This document shows, piece by piece, positions 1-9,457 of a stretch of 64,000 nucleotides of DNA. The DNA is taken from the NCBI GenBank assembly GCA_964465575.1, contig CAYXIF010000001.1:15140-79139 (forward strand), written 5' to 3'. The translations under genes and the position numbers were made by a program. This DNA comes from an uncultured Candidatus Bathyarchaeia archaeon. Lineage in GTDB: Archaea > Thermoproteota > Bathyarchaeia > Bathyarchaeales > DTEX01. The notes under the pieces are model-generated. The model saw only the letters and a list, made by a program, of their open reading frames with translations. It was not told the DNA's origin and ran no database searches. How positions within the stretch are numbered: the first letter of the stretch is position 1; every line of letters begins with the position of its first letter.

Positions 1-561
1 GCAGTAATCCATGAAGGCTCCAGCTCCGTTTAGATCTCTATTGTACAGCCAATCGTAAAAGTAAGGCGAGCACCCGATCTCCTTGGGTCCCGCGTGAGCT
101 GCTCTGTACCGCACTTGGTAGACTCTGCCGACCTCACCCTCGTTAGCCAATCTACGGGCTTCTCGGAAGTTCGCATTCCAAGCAGTTGGGTAATTCACCA
201 TAAGCTTGACCCCATATTTCTTTGAGGCTCTTACCATCCTACTAGCTTGGGCCAATGTCGCGGCCATAGGCTTCTCTACCAGCACATGTAGCCCTTTTTC
301 AGCTGCTAGTTCGGTCACGTCCGCGTGACGGCTGTTCTCAGTGTAGACGAACACTGCATCGATCTTCTCTTCAGCAAGAAGATCCGCGTGAGACTCATAG
401 GTCTTGATACCTCGCTCTTTGGCTTTGGCTAGAAGAGGCTTGTTGACATCTGCGACGCAGGTTACGATGGCGTTTTCGACCTTCTTGACCTCTTCGAGTA
501 CTCCCCAAACGTGGTCGTGAACCAGACCAATAACTCCAATCCTCAGTTTGGTCGTCACCAC
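1..561 (-). CDS. Gfo/Idh/MocA-family NAD(P)-dependent oxidoreductase, N-terminal part; the C-terminus lies beyond the window start
   Basis: Absent from the ORF track because it runs off the window edge. My translation of the minus strand from GTG at 561 reads VVTTKLRIGVIGLVHDHVWG...EKIDAVFVYTENSRHADVTELAAEKGLHVLVEKPMA...GAGAFMDYC. This shows the Rossmann start and the EKP motif of the family. Confidence 0.7.
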   Translation of the reverse strand, partial: MVTTKLRIGVIGLVHDHVWGVLEEVKKVENAIVTCVADVNKPLLAKAKERGIKTYESHADLLAEEKIDAVFVYTENSRHADVTELAAEKGLHVLVEKPMAATLAQASRMVRASKKYGVKLMVNYPTAWNANFREARRLANEGEVGRVYQVRYRAAHAGPKEIGCSPYFYDWLYNRDLNGAGAFMDYC

Positions 562-671
562 ACCACCGCACTTACAATCGTCTCATGCTTCATATATCCT
601 TAACTTACTGTGTAGCAGATATAGTGGAAGCTGCTTTCATACCTGAACTTGCAGAACCGGAACCTTGGGGA

Positions 672-1781
672 CTACGTGGACCTCGCCCATATTCTGCAGG
701 TTCCCTCACTACTGACCATACATGCACCCACTGGTTTCCGTGGTGTGCACGCCTTCATGAACAACGAGCACTCATTCGGTCTGATCCTGCCGACTATGAC
801 GAGGTGGCATCTGCAACCGGGCTGCAAGTCCACGCCCGTCTCGACCTTCAAGCCATGTCTCAAGTGGGCATCGAGTTCTGAGTACTCCTTGGAGAGCGTA
901 AGTTTGGAGAATCGGATTGTGCCTAGTCCGCGCCAGCTCCCGTCGGCCACCTCGAAGACCTTTTGCATGAGTTGCTGCGCCTTAGCATTCCCCTCCCGCC
1001 GGACGGCTCTGGTGTACTCGTTCTCAAGACGGGGCTTCCCTTCGCGCAGCTGTTTCAGAATCATATAGATACCGATCAGCACATCCAAGGGCTCAAAGCC
1101 TGCCACGACGGTTGGCATGCCGTACTTTTCGGGGAAAACTCTGTAAGGCTCAAGCCCTATCACCGTGCTAACATGGCCGGGGGCGATGAACCCGTCTAGG
1201 CCTAAGTCCCTCATCTCGGCCATTATTTCCATGGCAGGGGGAATGAGCCGGTGCGAAACCAACAGGCTAAGATTCCGCGGCGGTTTTCCCACCGCTTCCA
1301 CAGCTGTTGAGGGCGCAGTGGTCTCGAAACCAACAGCGAAGAAGACGGTTTCCCCACTAATCCTTTTCGCGATCTTGACTGCGTCTCCGATACTGTAAAC
1401 GACCCTAACGTCGGCTCCTTCAGCCTTAGCATCTAGAAGTGATCTTCGTGAGCCAGGAACCCGAAGGATGTCGCCAAAGCAAATGGTTGTCACGCCTCTA
1501 AGGGCCAACTCAACAGCTTCATCGATCTCTGATGCTGGCACTATGCAGACAGGGCAACCGGGACCAGCAATAACCTCAACATTTGAGGGCAAGAGCTCAC
1601 GTAGCCCGAAATGGGTAATCGTCCATTCATGCGTGCCGCAGACATGGCAGATTTTGACGTTGCGTTCATTACCAGCGAGTTCACAGATTCTCTTGGCCAC
1701 TTGGTTGGCAAGTGTCGCGTCCCTGAACCTCATGTTCCTAGCCATACTATTCCCTAGTGCGATGGTCATATTTATTGTCAC
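672..1781 (-). CDS. hypD: [NiFe]-hydrogenase maturation protein HypD
   Basis: 369-aa ORF with FRD near the N-terminus and the motifs CHVCGTHE, GPGCPVC and FETTAPS. A TATA-like caataaatat abuts the first ATG, so the real start may be an internal Met at about 1745 or 1733. Confidence 0.93.
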   Translation of the reverse strand: MTINMTIALGNSMARNMRFRDATLANQVAKRICELAGNERNVKICHVCGTHEWTITHFGLRELLPSNVEVIAGPGCPVCIVPASEIDEAVELALRGVTTICFGDILRVPGSRRSLLDAKAEGADVRVVYSIGDAVKIAKRISGETVFFAVGFETTAPSTAVEAVGKPPRNLSLLVSHRLIPPAMEIMAEMRDLGLDGFIAPGHVSTVIGLEPYRVFPEKYGMPTVVAGFEPLDVLIGIYMILKQLREGKPRLENEYTRAVRREGNAKAQQLMQKVFEVADGSWRGLGTIRFSKLTLSKEYSELDAHLRHGLKVETGVDLQPGCRCHLVIVGRIRPNECSLFMKACTPRKPVGACMVSSEGTCRIWARST

Positions 1782-2079
1782 AAGGCGGCCACTTTCAACC
1801 CATCAGCAACGGCTGAAGAACGTCAGGTATGCAAGTAGCTGAGCATAGGCGACCGCTTGCCATGGTTGACTTTTCAGAATAATCTTTCTGGGTTGTTCGG
1901 GACGTTGGAGGAGAAAACAGAACTTTCTAGAAAAAAACGCGGTAAGAAAGCATTGATCGGGCGACCGAGTTCGATTTCTCCATTCAAATGCCGCAGAGTT
2001 GAAGTTTCTGGCTTCGCTGCAGGCCGCAAAGCTTTATCTGATTACAGCTGATGGGGGGTATTTTGCGGGGTGCAAACTC

Positions 2080-2211
2080 ATGTCTCAAGAAAAGCCACCA
2101 GCAGAGAAGAAAGAAGAGGAAGAAGAGGAAGAGTGGGAAGAAGAGGAAACTGAAGAGGACTGGGAAGAGGACTGGGAAGAAGAGGAAACTGAAGAGGACG
2201 AAGACTGGTAG
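2080..2211 (+). CDS. Hypothetical 43-aa hyperacidic Trp-repeat peptide (MSQEKPPAEKKEEEEEEEWEEEETEEDWEEDWEEEETEEDEDW)
   Basis: ATG at 2080 is preceded by the SD-like GGGGTG 7 nt upstream and a TATA-like ctttatct about 45 nt upstream. It is in frame with track ORF 1999..2211. Low complexity makes coding status uncertain. Confidence 0.3.
   Translation: MSQEKPPAEKKEEEEEEEWEEEETEEDWEEDWEEEETEEDEDW
2095..2208 (+). repeat. Polypurine (GAA/GAG-rich) tract containing a perfect 27-nt direct repeat
   Basis: tgggaagaagaggaaactgaagaggac occurs at 2134-2160 and again at 2173-2199, separated by the shortened unit tgggaagaggac. The + strand is almost entirely A/G. Confidence 0.85.
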
Positions 2212-2350
2212 TTACCACCAAGGGCAGTTAAGAACAAAAGTAGACAGGCAATGAACAAAGAGCTTCATTGAAGATTCGGACGGGTCCAGAATCAACAACC
2301 AAACCTCCGACTTTTCGTTGCATGAATGAACCTAGAGTTTTGTGAGTTAG

Positions 2351-2611
2351 CTACGGCAATAGTGCATTCTTTTCACTCGCTGCTTCTCGTTGGGGTTCAC
2401 TCTTCAACATCTCCTCCCACAGTCGCAGCGTTTCTCTTGCTTCTTTTTCATCGAGGACCTGAATCGCGTATCCCGCATGAACTAGAACGTAGTCGCCTAT
2501 CTTTGTCTCAACAAGCATGACGTTCACTTCCCGCAGAACGCCGCTTCCGAAATCAACCTGAGCCACGCCGGCTTTGACCTCCAAGACCTTTGCTGGGATC
2601 GCTAGGCACAT
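2351..2611 (-). CDS. hypC: Hydrogenase assembly chaperone HypC/HupF
   Basis: MCLAIPAKV N-terminus with the essential Cys directly after Met, so I place the start at 2611 rather than the track start 2620. The rest is a typical small OB-fold HypC (GDYVLVHAGYAI). Confidence 0.9.
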   Translation of the reverse strand: MCLAIPAKVLEVKAGVAQVDFGSGVLREVNVMLVETKIGDYVLVHAGYAIQVLDEKEARETLRLWEEMLKSEPQREAASEKNALLP

Positions 2612-2673
2612 CGCCATCAACTTAAATAATCATGACTCTCTGAGCCAAATAAATCCATTGCTGTCCAAGAAAC

Positions 2674-4947
2674 TCAGAAACTTGCCACAACAGCTTGGCC
2701 AAACGATACGCCGCCGTCGCCCGGCGGAACGGCCTCGTGAACTAGGAAATCCAGACCAGATGCTTCTATGATGCTCCGCAACGTTTGTGTCATAATCTCG
2801 TTACAAGCAACTCCGCCTGTGAAGCCAACGGAGCTTACGCCCTTTTCACTGGCTTTTTCGATCGCTAATGTAGCTAGACCCTTTGCCAGATAGGCGTGAA
2901 CTGAGTGAGCCAGATTCGCCTTGCTGATCTCATCCCTATTCTCGAATACGGCGCGAACGAGTCCTTTTGTGTGCAGAACGTTATTCTTGAACTCGGGTTC
3001 AAGGCCTAGAACGTCCTTGCCCTTCAAAGCGAGCGATTCGAGTTTCATCGCGGGCTCACCTTCGTAAGTCCTCTCGTAACATATGCCCAAGACGGCTGCG
3101 ATTGCGTCCAGAATTCTTCCGCAACTTGTCGTCTTGACCGCGCTGTCATGTCTCTCCAGCTGATTCAGAATCACGCGGACTTCTCTCTCGCCATGTGGAA
3201 ACCTTTCTTGGTTTTCTTGAAGCCATGTCTCTACGTCGACTTCTCCATGCAGTATGCCCGCTGCGACTCTTAGAGGGTATCTGGTTGCTAGGTCCCCTCC
3301 GATTAGGGGTTGCTTCTCAAGGTGAGCTAGCCGTTCGAATCCTTCAGATGCCTGGCTACAGAAGAGAACCTCACCACCCCAAGCTTCGCCATCCAGCCCG
3401 TACCCATATCCGTCGCAGCAGATGCCCACAAGCTCATCAACGCCATGCTCAGCCATCAGGGCTGCCGCGTGCGCGTAGTGATGCTGCACTTGGATGAGTT
3501 CCCAGCTGTTCGCTTCGGCAAGTTCACGTGCAAGCTGCGTCGTTGCGAATCTGGGATGAAGATCGTACCCGATCGTTTCAACCTTAGCGTTTGTCAGCCG
3601 AATCAAGTGCTTGGCTGCGTTCTCGAGGAACCCACAAGTCTCAACATTCTCGACATCGCCTATATGCTGCGAGATGAACGCTTTTCCACCTAGAACGACG
3701 CACGCTGTGTTGTTTAGCTCCCCACCTAAACCGACGGCGCAACGCTCAGTCTTCTTCCTCAAGAAGACCGGCGCAGGAGCGTACCCCCGTGAACGCCTTA
3801 TGAAAGCTTGCTTTCGGTCATGAACTCGGACAACTGAGTCGTCGCATCTATGAGTGATCTGTCGATTGTGAAACAGGAAATAGTCCACAACGCCGCTGAG
3901 TTTCTCCAGGGCTTCCTCATCGTCCTTTATGATTGGCTGGTTAGGCGGATTGGCACTCGTCATCACAAAAGCTGGGTCCCCTACATCGCTGAAAAGGATG
4001 TAATGCAGACCAGTATAGGGTAACATGACGCCAACATTATGCAATCTTGGCGAGATCAGGTCTGAGAGGTAGTAGTCTTCGCTCTTGTCCAGCAAGACTA
4101 TGGGGCGTGCTGGAGAAGTTAGAAGCTGCCTATCTCTTTCTTTCACCTCGGCAAACGTCTCGATGGCTCTTAGGCCTGCAGCCATCACTGAGAATGGTTT
4201 CTCTCTCCGGTGCTTGACCTTTCTGAGTCTGACTAAGGGCTCATCCATCACTGTAGAAGCAGCAACGTGGAAGCCACCGTAGCCCTTGATGGCAACAATG
4301 TGTCCTTCTGAGATAAGCCTGCCCGCCTCGCGAATCGGGTTGCGACATGCAGCCACTCTCTCGCCCCCATTATTTGTCAGGCTGACGCTTGGTCCACACT
4401 CGGGACATGCAACAGTTTGGGCGTGGAACCGTCTTTTCTGTGGGTTCTCGTACTCGTCGCTGCAGAAGCTGCATATCTGAAACGCGGACATCGTGGTGTT
4501 CTTGCGGTCGTAGGGGAGCCTATCGATGATAGTGTATCGGGGACCACAGTCTGTACAGGTAATGAAGAAGAACTCATGCCTCGGGTTTTTGGGGTCACGG
4601 AGCTCATCCAAACACTCGTCGCATATAGCAACGTCTGGCGGGATGACTGAACCCGAAAGTTCAGTCGCGTCTGAGCTCTTTAGGATAGTGAATCTCCTAC
4701 GCTCTTGCTTCCCTTTCATAGGCGAGGTGATTACGTCGTAGATCTGCGCCAGAGGAGGTTTCTTGTCCTTAAGGTCCCTCAGGAAGTTCTTGATGTCTTG
4801 TTCCCTACCCTCAACCAGTATGTCTACTCCGGCGTCTCCTCTGTTTTGAACATAACCTGTCAGTGCATTCCTTCTGGCAGTGCGGTAGATGAAAGGACGA
4901 AAGCCTACTCCCTGAACTATGCCTGTGACTCTGATCTTCAAACGCAC
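2674..4947 (-). CDS. hypF: Carbamoyltransferase HypF
   Basis: 757 aa. It has an N-terminal acylphosphatase domain (VTGIVQGVGFRPF), two CxxC...CxxC zinc-finger pairs (CDEC...CTDCGPRY, CSFC...CPECGP), a YrdC-like segment and a Kae1-like C-terminus. Confidence 0.95.
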   Translation of the reverse strand: MRLKIRVTGIVQGVGFRPFIYRTARRNALTGYVQNRGDAGVDILVEGREQDIKNFLRDLKDKKPPLAQIYDVITSPMKGKQERRRFTILKSSDATELSGSVIPPDVAICDECLDELRDPKNPRHEFFFITCTDCGPRYTIIDRLPYDRKNTTMSAFQICSFCSDEYENPQKRRFHAQTVACPECGPSVSLTNNGGERVAACRNPIREAGRLISEGHIVAIKGYGGFHVAASTVMDEPLVRLRKVKHRREKPFSVMAAGLRAIETFAEVKERDRQLLTSPARPIVLLDKSEDYYLSDLISPRLHNVGVMLPYTGLHYILFSDVGDPAFVMTSANPPNQPIIKDDEEALEKLSGVVDYFLFHNRQITHRCDDSVVRVHDRKQAFIRRSRGYAPAPVFLRKKTERCAVGLGGELNNTACVVLGGKAFISQHIGDVENVETCGFLENAAKHLIRLTNAKVETIGYDLHPRFATTQLARELAEANSWELIQVQHHYAHAAALMAEHGVDELVGICCDGYGYGLDGEAWGGEVLFCSQASEGFERLAHLEKQPLIGGDLATRYPLRVAAGILHGEVDVETWLQENQERFPHGEREVRVILNQLERHDSAVKTTSCGRILDAIAAVLGICYERTYEGEPAMKLESLALKGKDVLGLEPEFKNNVLHTKGLVRAVFENRDEISKANLAHSVHAYLAKGLATLAIEKASEKGVSSVGFTGGVACNEIMTQTLRSIIEASGLDFLVHEAVPPGDGGVSFGQAVVASF

Positions 4948-5027
4948 AACGCAACATCTCTCTTACTAAGAACGAAACGACGAGCAATAAAACATTACCC
5001 TAACAGCGCCCATACCATACATGCGGC

Positions 5028-5513
5028 TCAGAGAACTGCTCTTATGGCTTCCATGAGGATTTGTGCGATCTCCCTTGACGCCTTTCGAAGCTTGGGCGAC
5101 AGGTTCTCCCCAAATTCCACCCTTTCCGGCTGCACGCCCAACAGCATGACCTTCGCGTTCAGGCTTTTCCTCAGGACCTCAGCAAGAATGAAGAGGGGCA
5201 TGGCATGCGTGGACAAGACGGTTCTGGCAAACTCTTCTGGTAAGACAAGCCTGGCTCCTCCAGGATCTACATTGAGTTGTGCTGCGTCGATCATCAACAC
5301 ATGGGAGGGCTGAAACGACTCTATCTCATCTAGGCGGTTCTCTGGTACTGTCTCGCACTCGAAGAGTCTGGCGTTCTCTGGTACCTTTCCTTTAAGCCGT
5401 TTAAGAACTTCTATGCCAACAGCATCGTCGCCACGGAAAGGGTTGCCAATCCCAAGTACCGCGAGCCTTCTACAGTCAGTGAGCCAAGTAGCAACCTGAT
5501 TCTTCAGTCTCAA
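5028..5513 (-). CDS. Hydrogenase maturation endopeptidase (HycI/HyaD/FrhD family)
   Basis: 161 aa with the family motif LGIGNPFRGDDAVG and a later HVLMIDAA segment. It lies directly upstream of hypF on the same strand. Confidence 0.85.
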   Translation of the reverse strand: MRLKNQVATWLTDCRRLAVLGIGNPFRGDDAVGIEVLKRLKGKVPENARLFECETVPENRLDEIESFQPSHVLMIDAAQLNVDPGGARLVLPEEFARTVLSTHAMPLFILAEVLRKSLNAKVMLLGVQPERVEFGENLSPKLRKASREIAQILMEAIRAVL

Positions 5514-5646
5514 ATCTTGATACCCTCAATGATACCCGCGCGGGCAACATCGTGTTATAGATTGAGTCTGCTTGCCATGCTTTAAGGGTTGCCTAGGGCT
5601 GCAAGAAGATATATGTTGCCATTGACAATCATATCTGAAAGTGCGC

Positions 5647-5665
5647 TCTGGCATTCGATGCCAGA
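5647..5665. promoter_or_regulatory. Perfect 8-bp inverted repeat (TCTGGCAT-TCG-ATGCCAGA) in the leader/promoter of the LLM oxidoreductase gene
   Basis: Read directly from the sequence. It lies about 35 nt upstream of ATG 5701 and upstream of the SD-like GAGGGAG. Confidence 0.35.
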
Positions 5666-5700
5666 ATCATCAACTGCAAAGGGATCTGAGGGAGTAGCGC

Positions 5701-6651
5701 ATGGTTAAGTTCGGGTTGGATTTAACAATCTGGCCTTGGGAATATGAAACTTTCGACGAGATTGTTGAGATCGCCCAGCTAGCTGAGAGTCTAGGAGTAG
5801 ACTCCTTATGGATGTCAGATCACCTCATGTACACAACGCCAAATGTTGGCTCGCTGGAGGTGTTCGCTGCTTTAGCTGCCGTGGCTGCCAAGACTCGCAA
5901 CGTAGTTCTGGGTACGAAGGTGGTCTGTGCGCCTATTCGGCATCCCGGGCTCTTGGCAAGAGCGGGGACAACATTGGACATAATCTCTGGCGGTCGCTTC
6001 GTCCTTGGGATTGGCACCGGCTGGTTCAAGGCGGAGTTTGACGCCTTCGGATTTCCTTTTGAAAAAAGATTCGAACGAATGCGAGAGACTGTGGAGATCA
6101 TCAGAAAGTCTTGGACGCAGCCCGTTGTGGATTATGAAGGGAAGTATTACACGATTCGCGGAGCTGTGTCCTTACCGTTGCCTGTCCAGAAGCCTCATCC
6201 GCCCATATGGATTGGCAGCCAAGGGCCGCGTATGCTAAGATTGACGGCTGAACTTGGCGACGGCTGGGTCATACCCAACCAAAGCGTAGAGGATTACCGC
6301 CAAAAATGGGAGTTCATCAAAGAGAAAGCTAGAAAGGTTGGCCGAACCGCAAGCGACATCGAACCTGCCCACTACGCATATGCCAGCTTATCCTCAAGCT
6401 CAAACCAAGCGTGGAGATACGCCAAGGATCTTATCTTGCCTGAGAGACGCAGAGCTCTGAACCCGGGGCTGACCCTTAAGGAAGTGGGTGACATCTGCCT
6501 CATCGGCGATCCTGACGAATGGGTCACCCGAATCAACGAGTACATAGAGGCTGGTGCGGAACACATTATTGTCAAGATAGTCCCCTTGACCCAAGAAGCT
6601 CTATGCCTTTACGGGGAAAAGGTGATCCCACACTTCGGGAAGAATACATAG
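5701..6651 (+). CDS. Luciferase-like monooxygenase (LLM) class, probably F420-dependent oxidoreductase (Mer-family fold)
   Basis: 316 aa with the motifs VDSLWMSDHL, GRFVLGIGTGW and HPPIWIGSQGPRML, which are typical of the LLM TIM-barrel family. The sequence is not specific enough to call it Mer itself. Confidence 0.8.
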   Translation: MVKFGLDLTIWPWEYETFDEIVEIAQLAESLGVDSLWMSDHLMYTTPNVGSLEVFAALAAVAAKTRNVVLGTKVVCAPIRHPGLLARAGTTLDIISGGRFVLGIGTGWFKAEFDAFGFPFEKRFERMRETVEIIRKSWTQPVVDYEGKYYTIRGAVSLPLPVQKPHPPIWIGSQGPRMLRLTAELGDGWVIPNQSVEDYRQKWEFIKEKARKVGRTASDIEPAHYAYASLSSSSNQAWRYAKDLILPERRRALNPGLTLKEVGDICLIGDPDEWVTRINEYIEAGAEHIIVKIVPLTQEALCLYGEKVIPHFGKNT

Positions 6652-6729
6652 TCTATCTAGCACGGCGGCACTGATGCAGTACGGTCCTGTGTTTGGCTGG
6701 TCCTCCTCTTGGGAGGCTCTTGTGCAGGT

Positions 6730-9015
6730 CTATAAGCTTTGGCCCACTCGGACAGATCGCAGTATAAGTGTTCTTCTTGATTCACTTGTGAGCAGACCGT
6801 TCAGGTAGTATTTGATGGTTGCATCTTGCTTAACCGTGCCAACATCACTTGACACCCAGTAGTATGCTGTTGTGACTATTCGCATGCTCTGTCCATCAAG
6901 CATTATCCCTTCCACTTCTGTGGTCTTCACCCTTGCACAGAAGTATGTTGCACCATTCTGGGCGCTTACGCTCTCCAGATCCTCCACTTCTTCCTTGCCC
7001 ACGATGCTTCCGCTGTAAGCATTTCCCTGCATGAACACCGTGAAGTTGCTTGCATATTCCCAACTCTTCCCTCTAGCCAGGGGGTATGGAGGACCTGGCA
7101 AGGGGCTATCGTATGTGCATTCCGTTCCATCTGATACCCATTTTCGCAGTGAGCCGCCTTCTGTGAGGTAGTAGTAAGTTGTCTCCTGGGGCCTCTCAAT
7201 CCTGATTTCCGTTTCGCTTACCTTAAGCCATCTTACTGAGCTTTCTTTACCATCAGCCCACTCAGTGAAGATCTTCTCTGTCCCGTCAGGAAGAATAGGC
7301 ATGCCAATCTGTTCAGCGGAATCCTTCCCTGTTCCTACTACCCGTGTCTCAGTTTCAGCAATCAACGACACTAGGTTGAGTATCAGCTGGTAATTGTCTT
7401 CCGAGAAACAGTATGGCTCACTGAGGAAGGTCAGGTCACCAAAGGCAGCTACAGCACCATTTCCCCTTTTTGCCAAAGCAATCACTGCGTAGCTGTCTGC
7501 TCTTTCAGCCACAGAAGAGTACGTAGTGACAGATGTCCAAGCCAACCCTTTTTGCATCGAGTAGATGTGGGTTGCTGTACAAAGAAGCAAGGACCTCAAA
7601 CCCGTGGTTAGGGAGTTTGCCGAGAAGTTCTTCGCGTAGATGTTGCGGTATATCCCGTAGTGTTCCTCTTCGTTGTAGAGGTAACCCTTGGCGAAGGAGA
7701 AACCGAATCTTGTGGAAATTGAGTTAACTGGAGCAATAATTCCCGCGGCCAACCCTTCGTATCCAAGGTATTCCCAAGCTGGATCAAAAAACAGAAGCAG
7801 TAGCCCCCCATCATCCACAAACTTCTCGATGGTCTTGCACTCTGTCTCACTGTAGACTTCGGTTGGGGAGGCAACTATGAAGCACGATGCACTCTCAAGC
7901 TTAGACTCAAGGTCATACCACTGTGAAATAAAACTAACCGTCACGTTTCTTTTTGCCAGCTCGGCTATGAGGATGTCAATGTCCCACCACAAGATCTGGT
8001 TCCCATGCGACGTATCCACAAGTACATCGCCTTCTCGAGCGTCCTGCGTAGCTGGAGACGCGAACGGGTTAGTGCCTTGAGCCATGGCTTGAGGGGGAAG
8101 GTAGATATAGTGAACTGCCGGTGGAGGATGAATCTCATCGAGAACCCTTAAGGTTATGTTTTCCCATCTCATAGATGTTGCGTTAGACGAGCCCTGCCAA
8201 GATGTAGAGACCCCAATCTGTCGTGGGACAAGCTCAGCAACCTCGTACTGAACGAGGTTTGCCTGCTTGGCTACCTTCTCCACGGCCTTCAGGAAAGAGC
8301 CTGCTTCGTCAGCCAAGCCGACGGCCACGGCTTCGCTCCCCAGATAAATCGTTGCCCTTCTCAGCTGGGTCGAAGACAGCTTGAGGCGGTTGCCTCTGCT
8401 CTTCTCGACTGCTGATACGAAGTTGTCGAGCGCGTGGCTCAGGTTAAGGGGAAATAGGAGCTTGGAGAACCCTGTTGCCTTGTGGGCCCCGGTCTCCATT
8501 ACTGATTCCTGAGGTATAAGCACCGGTGGTCCTCTTCCTATGACTCCTATGCTTCCGACGAATGATGTGGGTGGTACGAAAATGTGATCAGCAGCAACAG
8601 CAATGTAATACCCTCCAGAAAGCGCCGTGGTGATTGAGGCGACCAAGGGTTTCTTTGCCTTAAGCTCGAGGAGGTCTAGGTATATCCTTTCAACATAATC
8701 AGCATAGCCACCTGCTGAGTCAACTACGAGCACAACGGCTTTCACACTTTCGTTGAACACGGCTTGGCTGATGAGGTCAGTGCAATAGGCAACAGTCCAA
8801 GATGTCTCGATGTAACCCTCCACCTTTATTACCCCCACTAGGTTCCTGCGTTCGGCCGAAGGGTACCTAGAAGACATCTGCAGATAGATCACGGAGGCGG
8901 CGAAGATGCAGATGAGGATTGTCGCGTAGATCTCACGCCGTCCCAGCTTTGAGAGCAGAGTTCCGAAAGCCATATCTTCTTCTCGACTTTGGTTCAAGAA
9001 ATGTTCCTCCGCCAC
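6730..9015 (-). CDS. Membrane-anchored multidomain protein: N-terminal TM helix, signal-peptide-peptidase SppA (S49) domain, DUF4350/GldG-like domain and a beta-rich C-terminal domain
   Basis: 761 aa with a TM segment IYATILICIFAASVIYL. The S49 motifs are VVLVVDSAGG, LSGGYYIAVAADHIF (nucleophile Ser) and GAHK (general-base Lys). The middle region DTSHGNQ...FIVASP...FVDDGGLLLLFFDP resembles DUF4350. The last ~200 aa are unassigned. An alternative start is MAFGTLL at 8973. Confidence 0.75.
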   Translation of the reverse strand: MAEEHFLNQSREEDMAFGTLLSKLGRREIYATILICIFAASVIYLQMSSRYPSAERRNLVGVIKVEGYIETSWTVAYCTDLISQAVFNESVKAVVLVVDSAGGYADYVERIYLDLLELKAKKPLVASITTALSGGYYIAVAADHIFVPPTSFVGSIGVIGRGPPVLIPQESVMETGAHKATGFSKLLFPLNLSHALDNFVSAVEKSRGNRLKLSSTQLRRATIYLGSEAVAVGLADEAGSFLKAVEKVAKQANLVQYEVAELVPRQIGVSTSWQGSSNATSMRWENITLRVLDEIHPPPAVHYIYLPPQAMAQGTNPFASPATQDAREGDVLVDTSHGNQILWWDIDILIAELAKRNVTVSFISQWYDLESKLESASCFIVASPTEVYSETECKTIEKFVDDGGLLLLFFDPAWEYLGYEGLAAGIIAPVNSISTRFGFSFAKGYLYNEEEHYGIYRNIYAKNFSANSLTTGLRSLLLCTATHIYSMQKGLAWTSVTTYSSVAERADSYAVIALAKRGNGAVAAFGDLTFLSEPYCFSEDNYQLILNLVSLIAETETRVVGTGKDSAEQIGMPILPDGTEKIFTEWADGKESSVRWLKVSETEIRIERPQETTYYYLTEGGSLRKWVSDGTECTYDSPLPGPPYPLARGKSWEYASNFTVFMQGNAYSGSIVGKEEVEDLESVSAQNGATYFCARVKTTEVEGIMLDGQSMRIVTTAYYWVSSDVGTVKQDATIKYYLNGLLTSESRRTLILRSVRVGQSL

Positions 9016-9457
9016 AACCTACGGTAACATACAGTTTATTTAAGAGTTGTGGGGACTTCTTGGCGGCACATTCCAAGAATGAGGCGAGAAAGCAGTACAG
9101 GGAACACGGACAGACAGCTACTCTGCTCGCAAGTCTAAGTGATAACCTCCATGTAAGAAGCGGTAATAGCTGAACGCCTCCTGTTTAGAGCTAGAGGCGC
9201 GCTACGAAAGAAAAGCCCCTATCACCATCTCAAGATGACAGAAAGCGCGACTTTCCTGCGCAAATGTCTCTTCCTCCGCCCGAAGTCAGGATTCACTAGA
9301 AACCTATCTGAAACCTTTGGCTTGTCATGAACAACACGAATGACGAGCGGCTACTTGTGGTAGAATCACTGAGTCATGCGGGTGAACCCCAGGAAAGGTG
9401 GAGAAAGGATTGAAGCATGTACCGATCACGCCGCAGAATCGAGTGGCCGAGACTCTT

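Noticed and set aside
2051-2254. 67-aa hyperbasic ORF (KKRKKRKSGKKRKLKR...) in another + frame of the polypurine tract
   Set aside because: This is a frame artefact of the GAA/GAG repeat. It has no SD or TATA in a suitable position, whereas the acidic frame has both. At most one frame can be real, and possibly neither is.
3334-3348. GCCGTTCGAATCCTT, a tRNA T-arm-like string
   Set aside because: It lies inside the hypF coding region, and no acceptor, D or anticodon arms can be built around it. I found no convincing tRNA anywhere in the window by eye.
4705-5313. 202-aa + strand ORF spanning the hypF start and the protease gene
   Set aside because: It is antisense to two well-supported minus-strand genes (hypF and the endopeptidase), has no recognisable domain, and has Ser/Leu/Arg-rich shadow-ORF composition.
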